Shown here piece by piece: positions 52,957-61,132 of a stretch of DNA of 64,000 nt. The position numbers and the translations under genes were made by a program. The stretch comes from an uncultured Acidimicrobiaceae bacterium. GTDB lineage: Bacteria; Actinomycetota; Acidimicrobiia; Acidimicrobiales; RAAP-2. Position 1 is the stretch's first letter. Each line of letters opens with the position of its first letter. The stretch covers positions 45,440 through 109,439 of the forward strand of contig CAWFKN010000002.1 in NCBI GenBank assembly GCA_963816405.1, in the 5' to 3' direction. The notes beneath the pieces are model-generated. The model did not search any database, had not been told where the DNA came from, and saw only the letters and a list, made by a program, of their open reading frames with translations.

Positions 52957-54893
52957 CGACGCTCCTCTCGCGCGCCGACCGCGGCGCGTCGTGCCTCGAG
53001 CATCGCCATCAGGATCCCGCGCGGCGCGACCGCGTCGCCGATGGCGGTCGCGTCACGCCACGGGCTCGCCGCGGGCAGCCGGTGCCCGGCGTCCACGCAG
53101 GTGTCGGCGTCGAGCGAGGCGGCCTCGCCGGTGAAGCGGTCCTCGAGGAGCACCTGGCCCGAGCCGATGGCGACGGCGGCGGCGTGGTGCACCACCGTGA
53201 CGCCCGCACGGGCGAGTCGCTCGTTGGCTGCGACCAGGTCGCCGGTGAGCGACAGCTGCGAGCCCACGACGACGTCGGGGGTCACGAGCGTCACCGCGGC
53301 GCCCCGCGCGGCGGCGAGCTCGGCGACGCCGACGCCGACCGGCCCGCCCACGGTGTCGAGCACGACCACGCGACCGGCCAGCGGGGAGCCCTGCGCGGCG
53401 GCAAGGGCGTCGAGGCGGGTGACAGAGCCGTCGTCGCCCCCGCGCATCGCGAGCGGCGTCGCGACGCCACCGGTCGCGGCGATCACGACGGCGGTTCCGG
53501 CGAGCTCACCGTCACTCGGCTCGCGACCGGTGACGACCGTGACGCCCTCGGCGCCGACCTCGGCCTCGAGCCAGTCGCACAGCGCCGCGAGGCGCTCGCG
53601 ACCGGGGAGGCGCGCCGCGGTGCGCAGCGTGCCGCCGAGCCCCACGTCCCGCTCGACCACGGTGACGCGATGGCCCCGACGCGCGAGGAGCCGCGCGGCC
53701 TCAAGCCCCGCGATCCCGCCGCCCACGACGAGCGCGGCACCGGCGGTCCCGGGCGCCTCGGGCTCGTCGCCGTCGACGTCGAGGTGCCCGTCGGTCGTCT
53801 CGTGGCCCGCGACCGGGTTCACGCAGCACGACACGATCGGGTTCCTCGGGTCGCGCACCGTGCAGTGCTGGTTGCACAGCAGGCACGGCCGGATCCGGGC
53901 CGCGCGCCCCGTTGCGAGCTTGCGGCAGAGGTCGGGGTCTGCGATCTGGGCCCGCGTCATCTCGACGAGGGCGACGCCGTCACCGAGGGCCCGCTCGGCG
54001 ACCGCGACGTCGGCGATCGAGCCCTGCGCGCACACGAGCGCGGTGCACCCGGCCGAGGCCAGCGCCGCAGCGACGACGCGGGTCGCCTCGGCGTTGCAGC
54101 CCTGGGGATGGTGCGCGTCGGGCTGGGTGGCCGCCTCCGAGTAGATCGACCCGCGCACGATGCAGACGTAGTCGACGTCGTGGGCCACCTCGGCGAGGAT
54201 GCGCGCGGCCTCCCCCGGCGTGATGCCCGCCCACGGGGCGAGCTCGTCGGCGCAGAATCGCAGCCCGAGCACCCCGTTGCCGAGCGCCCCGCGGACCTCT
54301 GCGAGCACCTCGCGCACGAGCCGCGCGCGGTCGCCGCCGTAGGCGTCGTCCCGGAGGTTCGTGAGGCCCGAGCAGAACTGGCGGAGCAGGCTGTGCTGCC
54401 CGGCGTTGAGCTCCACGCCGTCGCAGCCGCTCGCTCGAGCCAGGGACGCCGCGGCGGCGAAGCCGGTGACGAGGGCGTCGATCTCCTCGCGGCCCATGAC
54501 CAGGGGCTGCTCGCGCGTCATCACGTTCGCGACGAGCGACGGCGCCCACAGCACGTCCTGGCTCCATGACGTCGAGCCCTGCATGCCGGCATGGCCGAGC
54601 CCCGCGAGCACGAGCGTGCCGTGGGGATGGCAGGCGGCCGCGGTCGCGGCCCATCCTGGCGCGCACACCGAGGCGAGTGGTGCTCGCTCGTAGGGCCAGT
54701 CGCTCGGGTGCACCGAGGCGACCTCGGCCACGACGATCCCGCACCCGCCGCGCGCGCGACGCCCGTAGTAGGCGGCGTGACGCGCCGAGATGGCCCGGTC
54801 GTCGCCAAGGTTCGTCACGTGGGGCCCGAACAGCACCCGATTCGGCGCGGTCGCCGCCCCGATCGCGACGGCATCGAGCAGCGGCGACGTCAC
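52953..54893 (-). CDS. FadH/OYE-family flavoenzyme, second paralogue
   Basis: Intact 646 aa with NRVLFGPHVTN, CLLCNQHCTVRDPRNPIVSCCVNP and LVVGGGIAGLEAA. The GTG start overlaps the mftC stop (GTGA). Confidence 0.82.
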   Translation of the reverse strand: MTSPLLDAVAIGAATAPNRVLFGPHVTNLGDDRAISARHAAYYGRRARGGCGIVVAEVASVHPSDWPYERAPLASVCAPGWAATAAACHPHGTLVLAGLGHAGMQGSTSWSQDVLWAPSLVANVMTREQPLVMGREEIDALVTGFAAAASLARASGCDGVELNAGQHSLLRQFCSGLTNLRDDAYGGDRARLVREVLAEVRGALGNGVLGLRFCADELAPWAGITPGEAARILAEVAHDVDYVCIVRGSIYSEAATQPDAHHPQGCNAEATRVVAAALASAGCTALVCAQGSIADVAVAERALGDGVALVEMTRAQIADPDLCRKLATGRAARIRPCLLCNQHCTVRDPRNPIVSCCVNPVAGHETTDGHLDVDGDEPEAPGTAGAALVVGGGIAGLEAARLLARRGHRVTVVERDVGLGGTLRTAARLPGRERLAALCDWLEAEVGAEGVTVVTGREPSDGELAGTAVVIAATGGVATPLAMRGGDDGSVTRLDALAAAQGSPLAGRVVVLDTVGGPVGVGVAELAAARGAAVTLVTPDVVVGSQLSLTGDLVAANERLARAGVTVVHHAAAVAIGSGQVLLEDRFTGEAASLDADTCVDAGHRLPAASPWRDATAIGDAVAPRGILMAMLEARRAAVGAREERR

Positions 54894-55990
54894 GGCGCGA
54901 CGGGCGCCACCACGAGGGAGTGGTCAGGCGCGCTGCGCGGCCGCAGCAGCACCGGCGCGCCGTCGCCGTGGCCCTTCACGCACTCGGGGTCCGGGCCGTC
55001 GAGCTCCATCCCCGTGAAGAACTTCGCCGCCATGCACCCGCCTCGGCACGCGTCATAGGCGCCACAGGTCCGGCACGCGCCGCCGCTGCTCGGCTCGCGC
55101 AGCGCGGCAAAGGTCGGCGCATCGCGCCAGACGGCGCCGAAGCCACCGTCGTGGCGGATCGACCCCGCCCGGAACTGCTCGTGGATCGCGAACGGGCAGG
55201 CGTAGACGTCGCCGATCGGGTCGACGAGGCAGACGACCCGGCCCGCCCCGCACAGGTTGACGCCCTCGAGGGGGGCACCGAGCGCGGAGAGGTGGAAGAA
55301 CGAGTCCCCGGTGAGCGTGTCAGGGTGGTCGCACAGCCACGCGTACAGCTCGCGGTTCTGCGCAGCCGTCGGGCGCAACCGGTCCCAGCTCGCAACGCCG
55401 CGGCCGGAGGGCCGAAGCCTGGTGAGGCGCAGCTGGGCCCCGAATCGAGCGGCCAGCGATCTGAAGTCGTCGAGCTGCTCGACGTTCTCGCGGGTCACGA
55501 CGACCGAGACCTTGAAGGCTCCGAACCCGGCGCCGCTGAGGGCGGCCATCGCGCCGAGCGCCGCGTCGTAGGAGCCCACGCCGCGGACCGAGTCGTTCAC
55601 CTCGGCGGTCGCCCCGTCGATCGACACCTGGACGTCGACGTAGTCCATCGCCGCGAGCCGGGCGGCGCGGCGTGCGTCGATGCGCGTGCCGTTGGTCGAG
55701 AACTTGACCCCGACCCGCCGGGACACGGCGTGCTCCAGCAGCTCGAAGAAGTCGCCACGGATCGTCGGCTCGCCCCCGCCCACGTTGACGTAGAACACCT
55801 GGAGGTCCGCGAGCTCGTCGATGAACTCGACTGCCTCGGCCGTGGTCAGCTCGTCGGGGTCACGGCGGCCCGACGAGCTGAGGCAGTGCACGCAGGCGAG
55901 GTTGCACGCCCAGGTGAGCTCCCAGGTGAGGCAGATCGGCGCGGACAGGCCGAGCTCGAGGCGGTCGCGCAGCGAGGCGTCAGCGGCCAT
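54890..55990 (-). CDS. mftC: mycofactocin radical SAM maturase
   Basis: Intact 366 aa with CNLACVHC (CxxxCxxC) and a SPASM C-terminus (CGAGRVVCLVDPIGDVYACPF...CRTCGAYDACRGGC). It lies immediately downstream of mftA and mftB. Confidence 0.92.
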   Translation of the reverse strand: MAADASLRDRLELGLSAPICLTWELTWACNLACVHCLSSSGRRDPDELTTAEAVEFIDELADLQVFYVNVGGGEPTIRGDFFELLEHAVSRRVGVKFSTNGTRIDARRAARLAAMDYVDVQVSIDGATAEVNDSVRGVGSYDAALGAMAALSGAGFGAFKVSVVVTRENVEQLDDFRSLAARFGAQLRLTRLRPSGRGVASWDRLRPTAAQNRELYAWLCDHPDTLTGDSFFHLSALGAPLEGVNLCGAGRVVCLVDPIGDVYACPFAIHEQFRAGSIRHDGGFGAVWRDAPTFAALREPSSGGACRTCGAYDACRGGCMAAKFFTGMELDGPDPECVKGHGDGAPVLLRPRSAPDHSLVVAPVAP

Positions 55991-56291
55991 CGACGACCCC
56001 GGACTCGCTGAGCCGCCCGATCGCGGCCACGATCGCGTCGACCTCCTGGTCCGTCACGTGCGCCCGCGCTGCGGCGCGCGGCGAGTCGTGGTGCTCGAGG
56101 TCGCGCAGCACCGCGACGAGCTCGTCGGACTTCACGAAGACGAGGCGCCGCGTGTCGTAGTGGTACGCGAGCGCACCAAATGGCTCAGGGCGCAGCGCCA
56201 CCTGGGGATGGAGCCGGGCCGGGACGTCGGGATCGAACGCCCGGGGCGCCTGATCGGGCGCCACGCGATCAGTAGACGCCGCAGAGCCCAT
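55980..56291 (-). CDS. mftB: mycofactocin precursor chaperone MftB (RRE/PqqD-like)
   Basis: RLHPQVALRPEPFGALAYHYDTRRLVFVKSDELVAVL. An ATG at 56291 would overlap mftA by 23 nt. An in-frame GTG at 56264 is an alternative start. Confidence 0.88.
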   Translation of the reverse strand: MGSAASTDRVAPDQAPRAFDPDVPARLHPQVALRPEPFGALAYHYDTRRLVFVKSDELVAVLRDLEHHDSPRAAARAHVTDQEVDAIVAAIGRLSESGVVDGR

Positions 56292-56379
56292 CGATCGAGA
56301 CCTCCTCGACCAGCAGCTCGGTGGCGGGCTCGTCGTCGTGCTCGACGGCGTCCTCGTGCTCGATCGTCCGCTCAGTCAT
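56269..56379 (-). CDS. mftA: mycofactocin precursor peptide
   Basis: I translated this by hand, because at 36 aa it is absent from the supplied ORF track. The sequence is MTERTIEHEDAVEHDDEPATELLVEEVSIDGLCGVY*. The acidic leader plus C-terminal IDG-x-CGVY is the MftA hallmark. Confidence 0.9.
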   Translation of the reverse strand: MTERTIEHEDAVEHDDEPATELLVEEVSIDGLCGVY

Positions 56380-56459
56380 TCGACGCCTCCAATGGGTGGG
56401 GCGGCCATTCTGCCGCCTGCGCAGGGGTGGCCCGCGCGGTCGCCGTGCCAGACTCGCCC

Positions 56460-57927
56460 ATGGCCCCAGCAGCGCTCGAGGCCGTTCGCGATGAGACGCC
56501 GCGGGGCGTGCTCGCCGCTGGGACCCGCTTGCGCCGCGATGCCTCGTTCGAGTGGGTCGCCGACACCCTCGTCGCGGGCGGCTCGCCGTGGCGCCTCGTC
56601 CGCCTCAGCGACCAGGGCGCGCGCCTCGTCGGTGCCTGGCTCGCTGGCGAGCCCGTGGCCGCCGACCCCATGTCCGGCGCGCTGGCCCGACGGCTCGTCG
56701 ACGCCGGCATCGTGCACCCCGCACACGACCCGCGCAGCCCCGACCCCGGCGAGGTCGACGTGGTCGTGCCCGTCCGTGACGACCCGGCTGGACTCGACAC
56801 GCTGCTCCGCGTGCTCTCGCGGACCCCGTCCCTGCGGGTGACCGTCGTCGACGACGGCTCCGCCGACGAAGGCGCGATCGCCCGCATCGCACGTGCGAAC
56901 GACGCCACCCTCGTGCGCCACGAGGTGCCGCTCGGACCCGCCGCCGCCCGCAATGCTGGGAGCTCGAGCACGACCGCGCCGCTCGTCGCGTTCCTCGACG
57001 CCGACGTCGTGCCCGAGCCCGACTGGCTCGACGAGCTCGTCGGGTACTTCGCGGACGCCGAGGTCGGCGCGGTCGCGCCACGGCTGCGCGGACCCCTGGG
57101 CGACTCGATCCGCGAGCGCTTTGAGGTCGCCGCCTCCCCACTCGACCTCGGGGACCAGCGCGGAGTCGTCCGGCCCGGCGCCGCAGTCCCCTTCGTGCCC
57201 TCCGCGGCGCTGGTCGTGCGACGACGCGCCCTGGGCGACGGGTTCGACGAGGACCTCCGCGTCGGCGAGGACGTCGACTTCGTCTGGCGGCTCGTCGCAG
57301 AGGGCTGGCAGGTCCGCTACGAGCCCTCGGTCGTCGTGACCCACGCGGCCCGACCGACGTGGCGCGGGTGGGTCGCCCAGCGGTTCTCCTACGGCCTGTC
57401 CGCCGCACCGCTCGAGGCGCGCCACGGCGACGCGGCCGCCCCGCTGCGAGCGGACCCTCGCGTCCTCGCGCACCGTCGGGCTGCTCCTCTTCGGACGGCC
57501 GCGCGCGGCCGTCGGCCTCCTCAGCTGGTCGGCGGCATCGCTCTCGCGCCAGCTCGAGGGCGTGGCGGTGCGAGGCGGCAGCGAGGCCGCGGCGCGCCAG
57601 CTGGCCGCGCGAGGCACCGCGCTCGCCGCACCCGGGCTCGCACGGGGCGCGTTCCGCTCCTACGGCCCCGTGCTCCTCGTCGCGGCGGCCGCCATCTCGC
57701 CGCTACGCCGACCCGTCGCGACGCTCGCGGTCGCGGCGACCGCAGCGAGGTGGTGGCGTGCGGGTCGACCGACCCCCTCGCTCGCCTTCGCTGGGCTCAG
57801 CCTCGCCGACGACCTCGTCTACGGCGCCGGCGTCCTCACCGGGGCCGTGCGCGCACGGCGGACGGGCGCGCTGCGCCCCCGGCTGCGGCCCGCGGCCTCG
57901 GTGGTCGCGCCGATCAGTCGAACTTGA
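56460..57927 (+). pseudogene. mftF: mycofactocin-system glycosyltransferase MftF, one frameshift near 57445
   Basis: The GT2 core is VVVPVRDD...VVDDGSAD...FLDADVVP...VGEDVDFVWR. After ...APLEARHGDAAAPLRA the protein continues in the +1 frame (TLASSRTVGLLLFGRP...LADDLVYGAGVLTGAV). It is divergent from mftA. An alternative start is GTG 56427. Confidence 0.82.
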
Positions 57928-59065
57928 CCACGCCGCGGACGTTCTTGCCCGACTCGACGTCGTCGTAGCCCTGCTGGACCTCGTCGAGCGTGTACTCCTT
58001 GGTGATCAGCTCGTCGACCTTCAGCTGGCCCATCCGGTACAGCTCGAGCAGCCGCGGGATCTGGAGGCGCGGGTTGGCCGAGCCGAAGATGCAGCCCATG
58101 AGGTTCTTGTTGTAGAGGGTGAAGGTCCCGAGATCGAGCGAGACGTCCTTCTGGCCCTGCGGGGCGATCGCGACGACGACGATCCGCCCGTCCTTGCCCG
58201 CTGCCTCGACGGCCGGCCCGATGAGGTCGCCGGTCATCAGCCCCGGCGTGAGGATGACCGCGTCGGCGAGGCGGCCCCTCGTCAGCTCCGCGGCGAGGAA
58301 CGTCGCCTCGAGGAGGTTGGACGCGCCATGGGTCGCGCCGATCTTCTTGGCCCGCTCGATCTTGGACTCGAGCAGGTCGACCGCGATGATCACCTCGGCT
58401 CCAGCGATCCGTGCGCCCTGGATCGCGCCTGAGCCCACGCCACCGCAGCCGACCACGATCACGCAGTCGCCCGGCTGCACGCGCGCACGGTCGACGGCGG
58501 CGCCGAAGCCCGTCGACAGCCCGCAGCTGATGAGCGCGGCGGCACGGAGGTTCACGCCCGTGTCGATCTTCACGAGCGACGCCTCGCTCACGACCATCCG
58601 CTCGGCGAAGGTGCCGAGCTGGCACATCCGGTTGAGCACCTCGTCACCGAGGTGGTGTCGCCACGTGCCGTCCGAGACCATGGGGCCCGCGACGATCGTG
58701 GTGCCGAGGTCGCAGATGTACGAGCGCCCCGACACGCACCACTGGCACTTGCCGCAGGACGGGATGAACGACGCCGCCACCGAGTCCCCGACGGCGAACC
58801 CCTTGACGTCCTCTCCGACCGCCTCGACGATGCCGGCGCCCTCGTGGCCGCCGATGGCCGGGTACATCGAGCCATGGGGCGTGAGCATCTCGAGGATCTC
58901 GGTCGGCAGCCCGAAGTCACCGCTGCGCAGGTGCTCGTCGGAGTGGCAGAGGCCCGCGTAGGCCATCTTCACCTGGACCTCGCTGGCGGCCGGCGGATCG
59001 ATCTCGATCTCCTCGGTCTTCCACGGCTCCTTGGCACCGCCCACAATCGACGCCCTCACCTGCAT
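57914..59065 (-). CDS. Zn-dependent alcohol dehydrogenase, NDMA-dependent/mycofactocin-associated type
   Basis: Intact 383 aa with GLCHSDEH, GHEGAGIVEAVG, the structural Zn Cys cluster CGKCQWCVSGRSYIC and GCGGVG. It sits next to the mft genes. Confidence 0.8.
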   Translation of the reverse strand: MQVRASIVGGAKEPWKTEEIEIDPPAASEVQVKMAYAGLCHSDEHLRSGDFGLPTEILEMLTPHGSMYPAIGGHEGAGIVEAVGEDVKGFAVGDSVAASFIPSCGKCQWCVSGRSYICDLGTTIVAGPMVSDGTWRHHLGDEVLNRMCQLGTFAERMVVSEASLVKIDTGVNLRAAALISCGLSTGFGAAVDRARVQPGDCVIVVGCGGVGSGAIQGARIAGAEVIIAVDLLESKIERAKKIGATHGASNLLEATFLAAELTRGRLADAVILTPGLMTGDLIGPAVEAAGKDGRIVVVAIAPQGQKDVSLDLGTFTLYNKNLMGCIFGSANPRLQIPRLLELYRMGQLKVDELITKEYTLDEVQQGYDDVESGKNVRGVVKFD

Positions 59066-59114
59066 GGCACCCCTCCCAGACGACCCCAGGGTCGGTCCCC
59101 CGGAGGACCGAAGG

Positions 59115-60830
59115 CTACATCCGCTGCGGGGCGACGATCCCGAGCAGCGAGAGCCCGAGCGACAGCGTGCTCGCGGTCACCTCGCACAGCGCGAGTCGGC
59201 TCTCTCGCGTCGCCTCGTCCGGCGCGTGCAGCACCGGGCAGTGCTCGTAGAAGGCGGTGAACGTCTGGGCGAGCCCGTGCAGGTACGTGCAGAGGCGGTT
59301 GGGCGCCAGCAGCTCGAGCGTCGTGTCGAGCGCCTCGGGGAACCGTGCCAGCTCGAGGGCGAGCGTGCGCTCCTCGCGCTGCGCGAGCACCACCGACGCG
59401 TCGGCTGCGCCCGCTCGGCCCACGCGGCGGAAGATGGAGTGGATGCGCGCGTGGGCGTAGCAGAGATACGGCGCGGTGTCGCCGTCGAAGGCGAGCATGC
59501 GGTCCCAGTCGAAGACGTAGTCACGCAGCCGCTCGGTCGACAGGTCGGCGTACTTCACCGCGCCGATGCCCAGCTCCTCGGCGAGGATCTGGCGCTGGTC
59601 GGGCGGATACTCGCTGCGCTCGTCGAGAGCAGCGCCGGCGCGCAGGATCGCCTCGTCGAGCAGGTCGACCAGCTTGAGCGACACGCCCGAGCGGCTCTTC
59701 AGCATCTTGTGGTCGCTGCCGAGCACGTTGCCGAACGCGACGTGGACGAGCTCGGTGCCCTCGGGGATCCAGCCTGCGGCCCTCGCGACCGCGAACACCA
59801 TCTCGAGGTGCTGGGACTGCGGCGCGCCCACCACGTAGTAGAGCCGGTCGCAGCCGAGCGGGCCGACGCGGTCTCGGACCGCTGCGAGGTCCGTCGCCGC
59901 GTAGCCGTAGCCCCCGTCGCTCTTGCGCACGATGAGCGGGAGGGGCTGGCCCTCGCGGTTGGTGAAGCCCTCGGGGAACGCGCACAGCGCCCCGTCGCTC
60001 TCGATCAGCAGCCCGACGCGGTCGAGCTCGTCGACGACGTCGTCCAGCATCGGGTCGTACCAGGACTCGCCGACCACGTCGCCGGGTTGCAGCGTGACGT
60101 CGAGCAGCCGGTACACGCGCTCGAAGTACGCGACAGACTCGTCGACGAGGACACGCCAGAGCCGCAGCGTCTCGACGTCGCCTCCCTGCAGCGCGACGAC
60201 GCGCGATCGCGCCCGGTCCGCGAACGCCGCATCGTCGTCGAACTTTTGCCTTGCGGCCCGATAGAACCCGTCGAGGTCGCCGACGGAGAGCTCCTCGGCC
60301 GCGGCGGCCTCGCCGAGGTCGTCCAGGTGCTCGATCAGCATCCCGAAGGGCGTGCCCCAGTCGCCCACGTGGTTCCTCGCGATGACCTCGTGGCCGAAGA
60401 ACCGCAGCAGCCGGGCGAGGGCGTCCCCGATGACCGTGCTGCGAAGGTGCCCGACGTGCATCTCCTTGGCGACGTTCGGGTGCGAGTAGTCGAGCGCGAT
60501 CCGGTGCGGCGTCGCCGCCGTCGCGACACCGAGGCGCGGGTCGCCGCGCAACGACGTGACCGCCTCGGTGAGCAGGCCGTCGTCGAGCGTGAGGTTCAGG
60601 AAGCCCGAGCCCGCGATCTCGGCGGTGGCGAGCCCGGCGAGGTCCGCGTGCGCGAGGACGTCCGCCGCGACGTCGCGTGGTGGCCGTCCGAGGCGCTTGG
60701 CGAGCGCCATCACGCCGTTCGCCTGGTAGTCCGCGTGCCCGGACTGGTGCACCACGGGGTCCGCCCCCGGCTCGAGGGCGTCGAAGGCCGGCTGGAGTCC
60801 GGCGCGCAGCCTGGCCTCGAGGGTCGTCAC
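59115..60830 (-). CDS. argS: arginine--tRNA ligase
   Basis: [17 protein letters not shown] (HIGH), KMLKSRSG (KMSKS-like) and a DALR anticodon-binding C-terminus. The start is set at GTG 60830 (VTTLEARL), and the ORF upstream of it is Arg-rich. Confidence 0.9.
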   Translation of the reverse strand: MTTLEARLRAGLQPAFDALEPGADPVVHQSGHADYQANGVMALAKRLGRPPRDVAADVLAHADLAGLATAEIAGSGFLNLTLDDGLLTEAVTSLRGDPRLGVATAATPHRIALDYSHPNVAKEMHVGHLRSTVIGDALARLLRFFGHEVIARNHVGDWGTPFGMLIEHLDDLGEAAAAEELSVGDLDGFYRAARQKFDDDAAFADRARSRVVALQGGDVETLRLWRVLVDESVAYFERVYRLLDVTLQPGDVVGESWYDPMLDDVVDELDRVGLLIESDGALCAFPEGFTNREGQPLPLIVRKSDGGYGYAATDLAAVRDRVGPLGCDRLYYVVGAPQSQHLEMVFAVARAAGWIPEGTELVHVAFGNVLGSDHKMLKSRSGVSLKLVDLLDEAILRAGAALDERSEYPPDQRQILAEELGIGAVKYADLSTERLRDYVFDWDRMLAFDGDTAPYLCYAHARIHSIFRRVGRAGAADASVVLAQREERTLALELARFPEALDTTLELLAPNRLCTYLHGLAQTFTAFYEHCPVLHAPDEATRESRLALCEVTASTLSLGLSLLGIVAPQRM

Positions 60831-60844
60831 GGGCGCGTGGTGGC

Positions 60845-61063
60845 TCAGGTCGAGGCGCACACGCCGCCGCAGCAGCCGGCACCGGCGCCGCACATCGGTG
60901 CCGGACCCGGCGCCGAGCCGAGCGTCGCGAAGACGGGGAGGAGCCGTGCGACGTCGTCGTGGCCACGACCGCACGCTGCGGGCGCATCGGCGTCACGCAT
61001 CGGTCGTCGCTCCTCGAAGCGCTCGTCGCACGTGCGGCACCGGAACTCGTAGATCGGCATCAC
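60845..61063 (-). CDS. FmdB-family zinc-ribbon protein
   Basis: [16 protein letters not shown]...C..GH, with a Gly/Cys-rich tail. 72 aa. Confidence 0.8.
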   Translation of the reverse strand: MMPIYEFRCRTCDERFEERRPMRDADAPAACGRGHDDVARLLPVFATLGSAPGPAPMCGAGAGCCGGVCAST

Positions 61064-61132
61064 GGCCTCCCGGCCTCGATCCTACCGAGCACGGCTGTGA
61101 TGGCGAGTCGGCGCGCACGGCAGACTGTGTGC

